Source: Macrostomum lignano (Eukaryota). From it: a stretch of 64,000 bases of DNA. The notes beneath the pieces are model-generated. The model had not been told where the DNA came from and made no database searches. It was given only the letters and a program-made list of their open reading frames with translations. The position numbers and the translations under genes were made by a program. Shown here in pieces: positions 34,101 through 49,100 of this stretch. How positions within the stretch are numbered: position 1 is the stretch's first letter; the number at the start of each line of letters is the position of its first letter. Location of the stretch: contig NIVC01002665.1 in NCBI GenBank assembly GCA_002269645.1, positions 62,001 to 126,000 on the forward strand. Direction: 5' to 3'.

Positions 34101-37100
34101 TGAGGAGGCAGTAAAGTAAAGACGGTCTCTTTGAGATTGTAGGTACACTTTGTCCTCAGGGTGCGTGTCCCTGGCTGATGACCGCACACTTGAGGCTGAG
34201 CTGCCCGTGTTTCAGGTAGATGAGATCAGGTAGCATTCAGAGGCTGAGCTGCCTGTGTCTCAGGTAGATGAGATCAGGTAGCATTCAGCGGCTGAGCTGC
34301 CTGTGTCTCAGGTAGATGAGATCAGGTAGCTTTCAGCGGCTGAGCTGCCTGTGTCTCAGGTAGATGAGATCAGGTAGCTTTCAGCGGCTGAGCTGCCCGT
34401 GTCTCAGGTAGATGAGATCAGGTAGCTTTCAGCGGCTGAGCTGCCCGTGTCTCAGGTAGATGAGATCAGGTAGCTTTCAGCGGCTGAGCTGCCCGTGTTT
34501 CAGGTAGATGAGATCAGGTAGCATTCAGCGGCTGAGCTGCCTGTGTCTCAGGTAGATGAGATCAGGTAGCTTTCAGCGGCTGAGCTGCCCGTGTCTCAGG
34601 TAGATGAGATCAGGTAGCTTTCAGCGGCTGAGCTGCCCGTGTCTCAGGTAGATGAGATCAGGTAGCTTTCAGCGGCTGAGCTGCCCGTGTCTCAGGTAGA
34701 TGAGATCAGGTAGCTTTCAGCGGCTGAGCTGCCCGTGTCTCAGGTAGATGAGATCAGGTAGCTTTCAGCGGCTGAGCTCAGCGGCTGAGCTGCCCGTGTC
34801 TCAGGTAGATGAGATCAGGTAGCTTTCAGCGGCTGAGCTCAGCGGCTGAGCTGCCCGTGTCTCAGGTAGATGAGATCAGGTAGCTTTCAGCGGCTGAGCT
34901 GCCCGTGTTTCAGGTAGATGGGATCAGGTAGCTTTCAGCGGCTGAGCTGCCCGTGTTTCAGGTAGATGAGATCAGGTAGCATTCAGCGGCTGAGCTGCCC
35001 GTGTTTCAGGTAGATGGGATCAGGTAGCTTTCAGCGGCTGAGCTGCCCGTGTTTCAGGTAGATGAGATCAGGTAGCTTTCAGCGGCTGAGCTGCCCGTGT
35101 TTCAGGTAGATGAGATCAGGTAGCTTTCAGCGGCTGAGCTGCCCGTGTTTCAGGTAGATGGGATCAGGTAGCTTTCAGCGGCTGAGCTGCCTTTGTCACT
35201 AGGTAAACCTACCTGAGCAGGAGGTTAAAGAAAATCTGGCTAAGTTTTTTTTCGCTCCTGGTGGACCCTGTCTGATGAGTGGCTGAATGGCTAAGTGATA
35301 AGATTTGTCTATTCTATTTTTAATAAACACAAATGCACACCTTCGCAGCGAAGCGATTATTCAACATCAACAATGCCCTCGGTGATTGACACACCGCAGG
35401 ACAGGGCTCAGGTAATTCTAATATACGAGTATAAGTCATATATACTATAACTATTGTAGTTAGGTATGGTGCTTCTAGTTGGAGTCTCATTGACTCAAAT
35501 TATTTATGCTTTGCTTTGTACCATGTAATTGAACTCTCTTTGGTGCATTTTGGCTTTTGTCTGACACACATTGTGGGCCATAGTCTAACACACATTGTGG
35601 GCTATAATCTGACACACATTGTGGGTCATAGTCTGACACACATTGTGGGTCATAGTCTGACACACATTGTGGGTCATAGTCTGACACACATTGAGGGTCA
35701 TAGTCTGACACACATTGTGGGCCATAGTCTGACACACATTGTGGGTCATAGTCTGACACACATTGTGGGCCATAGTCTGACACACATTGTGGGCCATAGT
35801 CTGACACACATTGTGGGCCATAGTCTGACACACATTGTGGGTCATAGTCTGACACACATTGTGGGCCATAGTCTGACACACATTGTGGGCCATAGTCTGA
35901 CACACATTGTGGGCCATAGTCTGACACACATTGTGAGCTATAATCTGACACACATTGTGGGCCATAGTCTGACACACATTGTGAGCTATAATCTGACACA
36001 CATTGTGGGCCATAGTCTGACACACATTGTGGGCCATAGTCTGACACCCATTGTGAGCTATAATCTGACACACATTGTGGGCCATAGTCTGACACGCATT
36101 GTGGGCCATAGTCTAACACCCATTGTGAGCCATAGACACGCAAGAATGCTACTACTTCAAGTAGGCAGAATTAGTCTATCAAGGTGGGAGAAATTTTGCG
36201 CCAACATACTGGTATTTAATCGCATGAAATGCTTTTTTAATTAGCGAAATTTAAAAAGTTAAAGCTTTGCAATTCGAATTATATCAGACACAATTTTACT
36301 GCAATGCTATTCATATTTATACAGCAGCTATTTTGTACCTGAACTATTGAATGCCCATTATATATTAAACTGATGCTCTATTGAATTTTCTGAAAAATTT
36401 CCTTACACTGGCTGGAATCCATTAAACAGTAAATTAATCATCCAACACCTTTTTCACTCCCCTACTCTCGAGTCTAATATGATTGACGATTCCCATTGGG
36501 ACTCGTTCATCAACGAGACCTTTTTTGAGAAGCTGAAGCACTCGGCGCCTCTGTTCATGGACTGCCGAGAGGCCGGAAGCTGAGCTAGGAACCAGAGCAG
36601 TCGTCCCTGTACAGGAATTTTATACACAGGGACTTCTGAATGCTCGTACCTGGACTGGAAAGAAGCGCCCAGTCCAAGCCAAAACTATTAGTATTACCAG
36701 TAGAAACTTAGCTAATAAAAGAGTAATGGACATCGACTGGGGGGGGGCTCTTCGTTTCTTGGAGTTTTTTTGAAGGCTTAGGTTTTGTATTTTTTTAAAT
36801 AATTTTGCGGAAAACAACAGTTATAAACTATCAATTTTAACAAACACTAGTAGGAAAATAAGAGAATTCCACCTTTTTTTCGAAGAAACACAGTGTCTTG
36901 TCCATCTAATTTTAGCGGTCCTTGATTCAAAAATATCATTCCGGAATAGAAATAGCTTAGAGAGAGTGTCAAATTTCTACCATTGTTAGAAATTCAATAG
37001 ATTGCTCAACAATTCTACTATTCTCTTACTCTTACTATCGATTTGAAAGCGTCACCATGGCAACCAATACAAACTGAACCAGATGCACACAGAGAGAGAG

Positions 37101-40100
37101 AGAGAGAGGTTGACTTTAAAGTTAAAGCCGGTAAATCTATGTTTTATCACGATGGCCAGACTTGGCCAATTTCTCAGTTCAAATATTTTTGCTGGCTGCT
37201 TTGGAACACAGGAAGTTGAAGCAAAGAAGTGGTGAGTGGAAGAGAGAGGGGAAAGAAGGAGAATTGGGGATAGAAGCAAGGCAGAAGCAAGCAAGGAATT
37301 CAGGTCCCAGAGGACTGATCCCTGTGTTTATTGGCTAAGGGTTTGCGAGTCTCTGAGTTCACTTCTGTATGCTATAAGAATAGAGATTCTCAATCTCAGT
37401 CAGCTCTTATCTGGGCTCACCTTGATGGCGTTCAACATGCAGGCTGGAGCGGCACCGGCGGCGGCTGGCGGCGAAGCTGCTCTGGCCGAGTTGGACACCC
37501 AGGCGGAGCTGGCGGCCAGCCGGGACCGGGTGCGCCAGATGAAGAAACAGGTGCGATGGGGCCAGGGATTCTGCGGCTTCTGTAGCTTTGTGTTTGCTTG
37601 AATGGAACTGGGAGTTGGCCATGGTAGATTTCTGTTATATTGTAGATCTGCGATTCTATCTTGTAGATCTGCGATTCTATCTTGTAGATCTGCGATTCTA
37701 TCTTGTAGATCTGCGATTCTATCTTGTAGATGTGCGATTCTATCTTGTATATCTGCGATTCTATCTTGTAGATCTGCGATTCTATCTTGTAGATTTGCGA
37801 TTATATCCTTGTAGATCTGCGATTCTATCTTGTAGATCTGCGATTCTATCTTGTAGATCTGCGATTCTATCTTGTAGATCTGCGATTCTATCTTGTAGAT
37901 CTGCGATTCTATCTTGTAGATCTGCGATTCTATCTTGTAGATCTGCGATTCTATCTTGTAGATCTGCGATTCTATCTTGTAGATCTGCGATTCTATCTTG
38001 TAGATCTGCGATTCTATCTTGTAGATCTGCGATTCTATCTTGTAGATCTGCGATTCTATCTTGTAGATCTGCGATTCTATCTTGTAGATCTGCGATTCTA
38101 TCTTGTAGATGTGCGATTCTATCTTGTATATCTGCGATTCTATCTTGTAGATCTGCGATTCTATCTTGTAGATCTGCGATTATATCCTTGTAGATCTGCG
38201 ATTCTATCTTGTATATCTGCGATTCTATCTTGTAGATCTGCGATTATATCTTGTAGATTTGCGATTATATCCTTGTATATCTGCGATTCTATCTTGTAGA
38301 TCTGCGATTCTATCTTGTAGATTTGCGATTATATCCTTGTAGATCTGCGATTCTATCTTGTAGATCTGCGATTCTATCTTGTAGATTTGCGATTATATCC
38401 TTGTAGATCTGCGATTCTATCTTGTAGATCTGCGATTCTATCTTGTAGATCTGCGATTCTATCTTGTAGATCTGCGATTCTATCTTGTATATCTGCGATT
38501 CTATCTTGTAGATCTGCGATTCTATCTTGTAGATCTGCGATTCTATCTTGTAGATTTGCGATTATATCCTTGTAGATCTGCGATTCTATCTTGTAGATCT
38601 GCGATTCTATCTTGTAGATCTGCGATTCTATCTTGTAGATCTGCGATTCTATCTTGTAGATCTGCGATTCTATCTTGTAGATCTGCGATTCTATCTTGTA
38701 GATCTGCGATTCTATCTTGTAGATCTGCGATTCTATCTTGTAGATCTGCGATTCTATCTTGTAGATCTGCGATTCTATCTTGTAGATCTGCGATTCTATC
38801 TTGTAGATCTGCGATTCTATCTTGTAGATCTGCGATTCTATCTTGTAGATCTGCGATTCTATCTTGTAGATCTGCGATTCTATCTTGTAGATCTGCGATT
38901 CTATCTTGTAGATCTGCGATTCTATCTTGTAGATGTGCGATTCTATCTTGTATATCTGCGATTCTATCTTGTAGATCTGCGATTCTATCTTGTAGATTTG
39001 CGATTATATCCTTGTAGATCTGCGATTCTATCTTGTAGATCTGCGATTCTATCTTGTAGATCTGCGACTCTATCTTGTAGATGTGCGATTCTATCTTGTA
39101 TATCTGCGATTCTATCTTGTAGATCTGCGATTCTATCTTGTAGATTTGCGATTATATCCTTGTAGATCTGCGATTCTATCTTGTAGATCTGCGATTCTAT
39201 CTTGTAGATCTGCGACTCTATCTTGTAGATGTGCGATTCTATCTTGTATATCTGCGATTCTATCTTGTAGATCTGCGATTCTATCTTGTAGATCTGCGAT
39301 TCTATCTTGTAGATCTGCTATTCTATCTTGTAGATCAGCGCTTCTATCCTTTAGATCTGTGAGTTTATCTTTTAGATCTGGGTTTCTGTCTTGTAGATCT
39401 TGTAGATCTGCGACTTTATCTTTCTATCTTTATATTTGATATATTCTGCATATTACGTTTTTTGGTAGCTTAAAAAATTGATCTAGACTAGCGATCTCAA
39501 AGATCCAGTGCAGCAATCTCAAAGATCTCATTGAATTTCTACCAGGTGGAGGAACGCGATGCCAAAATCCGCGAGCTGACGACATCCCTGAAGGCTCTGC
39601 AGGCCACGGCTGTCAAGACTGAGTCGGACTCGACTGCGGCTGTGCGCTGCCTGGAGGAGAAGCTCAGACGGAGTGCTCACGATGTGAGTCAAAACTAATG
39701 AGATGACGAGTCGTTTTGTTGTTCATCCACGGCTTGCTACTCGCGCCGTTTACCCACCGGTTTTCAACCTAGACCTAAAATCATATAAAAAACGCTACTG
39801 ATACTACTTAATTATTTCTCCCACGATTTTTTCCAAAAACAGACTCTGCAGTCGGAGCGTCGCGTCAAGTCGCTGGAAGCCGACCTGGCCGAAGCTCGCG
39901 AACAGCGACAACGCGACAGCGACGAGTTGGCGCGGCTGCAGGCGCGGTGCCGCGGCGTTGAAGCCGGCAGCGGCGACCGGGCGGAGCTTCTCAAATCAGA
40001 GCTCAAGCGACGCGACGAAACTATTGGGAAGCTGCGTCAGGAGCTCGGACAGGGCCAGGAGGCCAAGGAGCAGCTGCTGATTGAGGTAGGGGCTCGCTTC

Positions 40101-43100
40101 CTGCTTGGGGCTTTTGGGGAGGTGGGATCAGACAGTGAGAGGGAGAGGGGATCAGACAGTGAGGGGAGAGGGGATCAGACAGTGAGGTGGGAGGGGATCA
40201 GACAGTGAGGGGAGAGGGGATCAGACAGTGAGAGGGAGAGGGGATCAGACAGTGAGGGGAGAGGGGATCAGACAGTGAGGGGAGAGGGGATCAGACAGTG
40301 AGGGGAGAGGGGATCAGACAGTGAGAGGGAGAGGGGATCAGACAGTGAGGGGAGAGGGGATCAGACAGTGAGGGGAGAGGCGATCAGACAGTGAGAGGGA
40401 GAGGGGATCAGACAGTGAGAGGGAGAGGGGATCAGACAGTGAGGGGAGAGGGGATCAGACAGTGAGGTGGGAGGGGATCAGACAGTGAGGGGAGAGGGGA
40501 TCAGACAGTGAGAGGGAGAGGGGATCAGACAGTGAGGGGGAGAGGTGATCAGACAGTGAGAGGAGAGGGGATCAGACAGTGAGAGGAGAGGGGATCAGAC
40601 AGTGAGAGGGAGAGGGGATCAGACAGTGAGGGGAGAGGGGATCAGACAGTGAGAGGGAGAGGGGATCAGACAGTGAGAGGGCGAGGGGATCAGACAGTGA
40701 GAGGGAGAGGGGATCAGACAGTGAGAGGGAGAGGGGATCAGACAGTGAGAGGGAGAGGGGATCAGACAGTGAGGGGAGAGGGGATCAGACAGTGAGAGGG
40801 AGAGGGGATCAGACAGTGAGGGGAGAGGGGATCAGACAGTGAGAGGGAGAGGGGATCAGACAGTGAGAGGGAGAGGGGATCAGACAGTGAGAGGGAGAGG
40901 GGATCAGACAGTGAGAGGGAGAGGGGATCAGACAGTGAGAGGGAGAGGGGATCAGACAGTGAGGGGAGAGGGGATCAGACAGTGAGAGGGAGAGGGGATC
41001 AGACAGTGAGGGGAGAGGGGATCAGACAGTGAGGTGAGAGGGGATCAGACAGTGAGCGGAGAGGGATCAGACAGTGAGAGGGAGAGGGGATCAGACAGTG
41101 AGAGGGAGAGGGGATCAGACAGTGAGAGGGAGAGGGGATCAGACAGTGAGGTGAGAGGGGATCAGAGCTGAGGCAGTGCAATAAGGACTTGTCCACGATG
41201 ACACCCCGCGCACCGCGCATTGCAGCTGGACCGGCTCCGGGTGAAGGTTGACCACTTAGATGGCAGCCTGAGAAACCGCACTGAAGAGGTACCAGAGTGA
41301 TTGCGACTGCGCTGCTGCATTTTCCTCTTTTCTCTATGGCCTTTCCATTAGCTCTGATCTGTTTTTTTTACTTATAAGAGCAGCGAGAAACCCATGGTGT
41401 GCCAATATCTGACAACTTTTGTGCTGCTGAAGTTTTTTGATCAACTTTGCTGTAACTCTGAACTGGACATTGTCTTTCTGAGACCCCAAGGACACAACCC
41501 CAATGCCAATATCCCGAGAAACCTCAAAGCCACAACCCCAATGCCAATATCCCGAGAAACCTCAAAGCCACAACCTTAATATCCCTGAGAGACTCCAAAG
41601 CCACAATCCTAATATGCCTGAGAGATTCCAAATGCACAACCCCAATATCCCTCAGAGACTCCAAAGCCACAACCCCAATATCCCTCAGAGACTCCAAAGC
41701 CACAACCCCAATATCCCTCAGAGACTCCAAAGCCACAACCCCAATATCCCTCAGAGACTCCAAAGCCACAACCCCAATATCCCTCAGAGACTCCAAAGCC
41801 ACAACCCCAATATCCCTCAGAGACTCCAAAGCCACAACCCCAATATCCCTCAGAGACTCCAAAGCCACAACCCCAATATCCCTCAGAGACTCCAAAGCCA
41901 CAACCTCAATATCACTGAGAGACTCCAAAGCCACAATCCCAATGTCCCTGAGGGACTCCAAAGCCACAATCCCTGAGAGACTCCAAAGCCACAATCCCTG
42001 AGAGACTCCAAAGCCACAACCCCAATATCCCTCAGACTCCAAAGCCACAACCCCAATATCCCCCAGAGACTCCAAAGCCACAACCCCAATATCCCTCAGA
42101 GACTCTAAAGCCACAACCCCAATATCCCTCAGAGACTCCAAAGCCACAACCCCAATATCCCTGAGAGACTCCAAAGCCACAATCCCTGAGAGACTCCAAA
42201 GTCGCAATCCCTGAGAGACTCCAAAGCCACAATCCCTGAGAGACTCCAAAGCCACAACCCCAATATCCCTCAGAGACTTCAAAGCCACAACCCCAATATC
42301 CCTGAGAGACTCCAAAGCCGCAATCCCTGAGAGACTCCAAAGCCACAACCCCAATATCCCTCAGAGACTCCAAAGCCGCAATCCCTGAGAGACTCCAAAG
42401 CCACAACCCCAATATCCCTCAGAGACTCCAAAGCCGCAATCCCTGAGAGACTCCAAAGCCACAACCCCAATATCCCTGAGAGACTCCAAAGCCACAATCC
42501 CTGAGAGACTCCAAAGTCGCAATCCCTGAGAGACTCCAAAGCCACAATCCCTGAGAGACTCCAAAGCCACAACCCCAATATCCCCCAGAGCCTCCAAAGC
42601 CACAACCCCAATATCCCCCAGAGACTCCAAAGCCGCAACCCCAATATCCCCCAGAGACTCCAAAGCTACAACCCCAATATCCCCCAGAGACTCCAAAGCT
42701 ACAACCCCAATATCCCCCAGAGACTCGAAAGCTACAACCCCAATATCCCCTAGAGACTCGAAAGCTACAACCCCAATATCCCCCAGAGACTCGAAAGCTA
42801 CAACCCCAATATCCCCTAGAGACTCGAAAGCTACAACCCCAATATCCCCCAGAGACTCGAAAGCTACAACCCCAATATCCCCTAGAGACTCGAAAGCTAC
42901 AACCCCAATATCCCCCAGAGACTCGAAAGCTACAACCCCAATATCCCCCAGAGACTCCAAAGCCACAACCCCAATATCCCTGAGAGACTCAAAAGCCACA
43001 ATCCCTGAGGGACTCCAAAGCCACAACCTCAATATCACTGAGAGACTCCAACGCCACCAAACACTCCAACTTGGCTCACCTCAATGTTGTGCCGCAATTT

Positions 43101-46100
43101 CGCACCACTGTGTCATACAACTGCCACTAAGCAGCGAGGTGCCATAGCAACTAACTTATTAACGTCTTTGTTTGTTTTTAACTCAAAAATGTTCGCAAAA
43201 ATGGATCCGATCCCATACTGGGATTTCATCCCTCTCCATACAAATCCCTTCGAACAGCTGACGGCCGCGGATGCCCGAGGCCAGGAGCTGGAGCAGCAGG
43301 CAGGGGAGCTCAGGCGGGAGTTGGGCATCGCCCAGGAGGAAGCGGCCAGCCAGGAGGCCTTCGCCCGTCGGCTGCAGTCGGAGGCGGACACGCTGCGGAG
43401 CCAGCATGCGGACTGTCTGGACCAGGTGGGCTGGGCCGATAGCTGCAGATCTCGTACCCTCATCTCATCCCTTCAAAGCACTCATTCTTCTCACCCCTTT
43501 CTGCTGATGGCTTCATCATATGCCTTCGCATCATACCTTAATATCAGCATTTCATGTCATCACCTTATCTAATACCTTTATCTCAGCTTATCCTTCACTT
43601 CATCTCACCCATCACTCTCCACATCTCACCCCCTCACTCTCCCCCATCTCACCCCTCACTCTCCCTCATCTCACCCCTCACTCTCCCTCATCTCACCCCT
43701 CACTCTCCCTATCTCACCCCTCACTCTCCCTCATCTCACCCCTCAATCTCCCTCATCTCACTCCTCACTCTCCCCCATCTCACCCCTCACTCTCCCTCAT
43801 CTCACCCCTCAATCTCCCTCATCTCACTCCTCACTCTCCCCCATCTCACCCCTCAGTCTTCCCCATCTCACCCTTCACTCTCCCCATCTCACTCCTCACT
43901 CTCCCTCACCACACCCGCCAGGTCCGCCGCCTGACTGACAGCCTGCAGAAGCTGCAGTCGAGCTCCAACGAGACCCGAGACGCCCTGACAGCGGAGATCG
44001 CCGAGCGGCACGACTCGCTGCTGCGTCTCCGCACTGACGCCAGGACTCTGGAGGAGAAATTCAACGAAGCGATGAGCACTGCCAATCAGAGATTCGAGGT
44101 GAGCAGGCATTTTCTACCTGTTTTTTTCCAGTTTTTCATTGATCTTGAAACAATTTTATACAAAGAAAGCTTCGAAAAGTAGCACTTGTACTTTTAAAGA
44201 TCTCTGTTAGAAAATCAGTAGCTCTACACTACCTCACCGCCTCCCAGGCAATCCGCCAGCTGAAGGAGGAGCTGAAAATCGCCAATCAGCGCTCGACGGA
44301 GAGTCAGGAACGGGCCCGCCGATCCGAGGCCGAGGCGCAGCAGTCGCAGCGTCAACTAGAAGAGCGAGGTCGCGAGCTCGAAGCCGTGCGTCTCCGCCGT
44401 CAGGAGCTGGAACGAACTCTAGGCCAGCGGGAGGGCCAGTGGCGGGCTGAGCGAGCCGAGCTGATGGACAAGTGCCAGCGGCTGGGCGCAGATGCGGAAC
44501 GCATGGCGGAGGAGCTGGCCGAGCGCCAGGCGGCTCAGGAGCGGCTGCACAGCCAGGTGGCCGAACTGCGAGGTGCTGTCAGCCAGCGGCAGCAGCTGCT
44601 GCAGCAAGTGGAGCAGCAGCTGGCCACCAGCCAGGAGGAATCGGCCGGACTGCGCGAACAGCTGGCCAGGTGAACCCGATGGGATCATAAGAGTACATAC
44701 AAGCACTTCTAAACCAGTGATATAGTGCTGGTGGTCCTTGGCATTGCCAGTTAGTGTACCATGACATCGAATTGATTTTGATTATAATATAGCAGTATAG
44801 TACTATCAGTAGTTCAGCCTGATAGCTGTTCCCCTCAAACACTCTGGGCGCAGACGGGAGGCGGCGGCAGAGCAGCTGCAGCGGGATCTGGACCAGGCCA
44901 AGAAGCAGTGCCGGGCCAGCGCTGAGGAGCTCAGCCGGCTTGAGTCGAAGGTGCAGGCGGCGGCGGCCAGCGGCCAGTCGGAGCGCGAACAGTTGGCTGA
45001 GGAGACTCGGCGACGGGAAGCCGAGCTGGCGCGGTCGGCTCAGGAGGCGGCCAGGCAGCAGGAGGCGCGCAGCCGGCTGGAGGAGCGCTGCGCCAGCCTG
45101 GAGAAGCAGGCGGAGGCGGCCAGCAAGTCGGCCAAGGCGGCCAAGGCGGAGTCGGCCAGGTTGGAAGCGGAGCTGCAGCGGGCCAAGTCTGAGGCTGAGG
45201 AGGCGCGAAAACGGGCTGAGGAGCTGCGAGTGCAGGTGAGTGATGGCGATTTCTGATCAAGAGAATCTCTTTGACTACCGGACACCCACCCTAATCACCC
45301 ACCACCCCAATCACCCACCACCCCAATCACCCACCACCCCAATCACCCACCACCCCAATCACCCACCAACCCAATCACCCACCACCCCAATCACCCAGCA
45401 CCCCAATCACCCACCACCTCAATCAACTACCACCCAAATCAACGACACCCTAATCACCCATCACCCCAATCACCCATCACCCTAATCACCCACCACCCCA
45501 ATCACCCACCACCCCAATCACCCACCACCCCAATCACCCACCAACCCAATCACCCACCACCCCAATCACCCAGCACCCCAATCACCCACCAACGCAATCA
45601 ACTACCACCCCAATCACCCACCACCCCAATCACCCACCACCCTAATCACCCACCACCCCAACCATCCACCTCACGTGGTAGACGAAGCGCCTGCAGGAGG
45701 CCAGCCGCGGCCAGCAGCAGGAGTTGAGCTCGCGCGCAGGTGAGCTGGAGGCCGCCCGTAGGCAGATCAGCAGCCGGGAGGAGCAGCTGGCAGGCACGCG
45801 GGCCGAGTTGGAGTCGCTGGCAGCCGACAACCGGGAGCTCAGCCAGCGGCTGATGCAGCGAGACGACCTGCTGGCCAGGCTGAGTGGAGAGACGCAGAAG
45901 CTGAAGAACAAGTACCAGGACCGAGTGCAGGAGGTGAGGGCCTGGGACTGTGGGTCGGCTTATAGATCTGGAATTCTATCTTGTAGATCTGCGATTCTAT
46001 CTTGTAGATCTGCTATTCTATCTGTAGATCTGTGATTCGATCTTGTAGAACTGCTATTCTATCTGTAGATCTGTGATTCGATCTTGTAGAACTGCTATTC

Positions 46101-49100
46101 TATTTGTAGATCTGTGATTCGATCTTGTAGAACTGCTATTCTATCTGTAGAACTGCTATTCTATCTTGTAGAACTGCTATTCTGTCTGTAGATCTGTGAT
46201 TCGATCTTGTAGAACTGCGATTCTATCTTGTAGATATGTTATTCCATCTGGGGCTTGCCATGATATTCGCGTTCATGACCAAGGCGCAGTGTACATGCCT
46301 GACGATGAGAAAGTAGCTGTACACCCCGCACACCCGCATTCCAGATGACCAAGCAGTCAGACACCATCAAGCGGCTGCAGGAAGCTCTCGCACAGTCCCA
46401 GCTAGAAGTCGAGGAAGTCAAGCGCCGAAGCGAAGAAGAGGTGAGTGCTGTGCTACCTTATCGATTTGTTGACAATTGAGCTGCATAGCTGGCTTGCTGG
46501 CTCGTCTGAAATTCACAGCTCGGCAATCGGGAGAGGACAATCAAGCAGCTGCAGGAGGACCTGCTGGAGTCGCAGTCGCAGTACACCAACTGCTACGATG
46601 AGGTGAGCTGATTGGGTCGGGACTCAACGACAATGACTCAGTCGCCTAACACAATGACCCAATCACCCACCACAATGACCCGATCACCCACCACAATAAC
46701 CCGAATCACCATATAAACCCGAATCACCCACCATAATAACCCGAATAACCAACCATAATAACCCGAATCACACACCATAATAACCCGAATCACCCACCAT
46801 AATAACCCGAATCACCCACCATAATAACCCGAATCACCCACCATAATAACCCGAATCACCCACCATAATCACCCGAATCACCCACCATAATAACCCGAAT
46901 CACCCACCATAATAACCCGAATCACACACCATAATAACCCGAATCACCCACCATAATAACCCGAATCACCCACCATAATAACCCGAATCACACACCATAA
47001 TAACCCGAATCACACACCATAATAACCCGAATCACACACCATAATAACCCGAATCACACACCATAATAACCCGAATCACACACCATAATAACCCGAATCA
47101 CACACCATAATAACTCGAATCACCCACCATAATAACCCGAATCACACACCATAATAACCCGAATCACACACCATAATAACCCGAATCACACACCATAATA
47201 ACCCGAATCACCAACCATAATAACCCGAATCACACACCATAATAACTCGAATCACCCACCATAATAACTCGAATCACCCACCACAATGGCCCTGAATAAT
47301 TCCCGAATGAAACCCGAACCCGGCAACAGTCGATCCGAGTGGAAGACGAGCTGGAGAAGGCGAAGTCGCAGGTGGCGGAGCTGAAGTCCGCCTGGCAGCG
47401 GGCCCAGGCTGATCACGCCAGGTGTACTGAGTCGGTGAAGCAGCTGGAGGCGGAGCTGCGCACCCAGGCTGAGCGGTGCCGCTCGCTGCAGAGGGACTGC
47501 GCCGAGCGCGACCAGCAGACAGCGGGGCTGGGCTCCGACTTGGAGGCGGCGCTGCGCCGGTTGTCGAGCGCTAAAGAGGAGACGGCGCTGAAAGACGCTG
47601 AGATCGGCCGGCTGCAGCGCAAAGTCAAGGAGACGCAGGCGGAACTGCGAAAGGCGTCCGCGGCCACGGAGCAGCTGGAGGAGCGGCTGAAGTCCCAGGA
47701 GCAGGCCTGCAATCATCTGCAGCAGGAGCAGCAGGTCTGCAGCTTTTCTGCTTACTGACGTTGCCGATTTAAAGTATAGCCTACTAACGAGTAGCGGGAA
47801 GAGGGTGTGAAGCGGATATAAATGCGGACTTTGAGGGGATGCCAGCCAGAGTTTGAGGGGATGGCGGCCAGCCCGAGTTTGAGGGGATGGCGGCCAGCCC
47901 GAGTTTGAGGGGATGGCGGCCAGCCAGAGTTTGAGGGGATGGCGGCCAGCCCGAGTTTGAGAGGATGGCGGCCAGCCCGAGTTTGAGGGGATGGCGGCCA
48001 GCCCGAGTTTGAGGGGATGGCGGCCAGCCCGAGTTTGAGGGGATGGCGGCCAGCCCGAGTTTGAGAGGATGGCGGCCAGCCCGAGTTTGAGGGGATGGCG
48101 GCCAGCCCGAGTTTGAGGGATGGCGGCCAGCCCGAGTTTGAGGGGATGGCGGCCAGCCCGAGTTTGAGAGGATGGCGGCCAGCCCGAGTTTGAGAGGATG
48201 GCGGCCAGCCCGAGTTTGAGGGGATGGCGGCCAGCCAGAGTTTGAGGGGATGGCGGCCAGCCCGAGTTTGAGGGGATGGCGGCCAGCCAGAGTTTGAGGG
48301 GATGGCGGCCAGCCCGAGTTTGAGGGGATGGCGGCCAGCCCGAGTTTGAGGGGATGGCGGCCAGCCCGAGTTTGAGGGGATGGCGGCCAGCCCGAGTTTG
48401 AGGGGATGGCGGCCAGCCCGAGTTTGAGAGGATGGCGGCCAGCCCGAGTTTGAGGGGATGGCGGCCAGCCCGAGTTTGAGGGGATGGCGGCCAGCCCGAG
48501 TTTGAGGGGATGGCGGCCAGCCCGAGTTTGAGGGGATGGCGGCCAGCCCGAGTTTGAGAGGATGGCGGCCAGCCCGAGTTTGAGGGGATGGCGGCCAGCC
48601 AGAGTTTGAGGGGATGGCGGCCAGCCCGAGTTTGAGGGGATGGCGGCCAGCCCGAGTTTGAGAGGATGGCGGCCAGCCCGAGTTTGAGGGGATGGCGGCC
48701 AGCCCGAGTTTGAGAGGATGGCAGCCCGAGTTTGAGGGGATGGCGGCCAGCCCGAGTTTGAGGGGATGGCGGCCAGCCCGAGTTTGAGAGGATGGCAGCC
48801 CGAGTTTGAGGGGATGGCGACCAGAGTTTGAGGGGATGGCAGCCAGAGTTTGAGGGGATGGCAGCCAGAGTTTGAGGGGATGGCAGCCAGAGTTTGAAGG
48901 GATGGCAGCCAGAGTTTGAAGGGATGGCAGCCAGAGATTGAGGGGATGGCAGCCAGCCCGAGTTTGAGGGAATGGCGGCCAGCCCGAGTTTGAGGGAATG
49001 GCGGCCAGCTTGAGTTTGAGGGAATGGCAGCCCGAGTTTGAGGGAATGGCAGCCCGAGTTTGAGGGGATGGCAGGAGGAAATTAATGCGGCCGTGCACGG

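Noticed and set aside
35487-49098. Long repetitive ORFs (35487-36244, 37588-39439, 41503-43038, 47752-49098; also 20194-20995, 58569-59883)
   Set aside because: Stop-free frames of minisatellites lying within phase-consistent introns or spacers; no domain content
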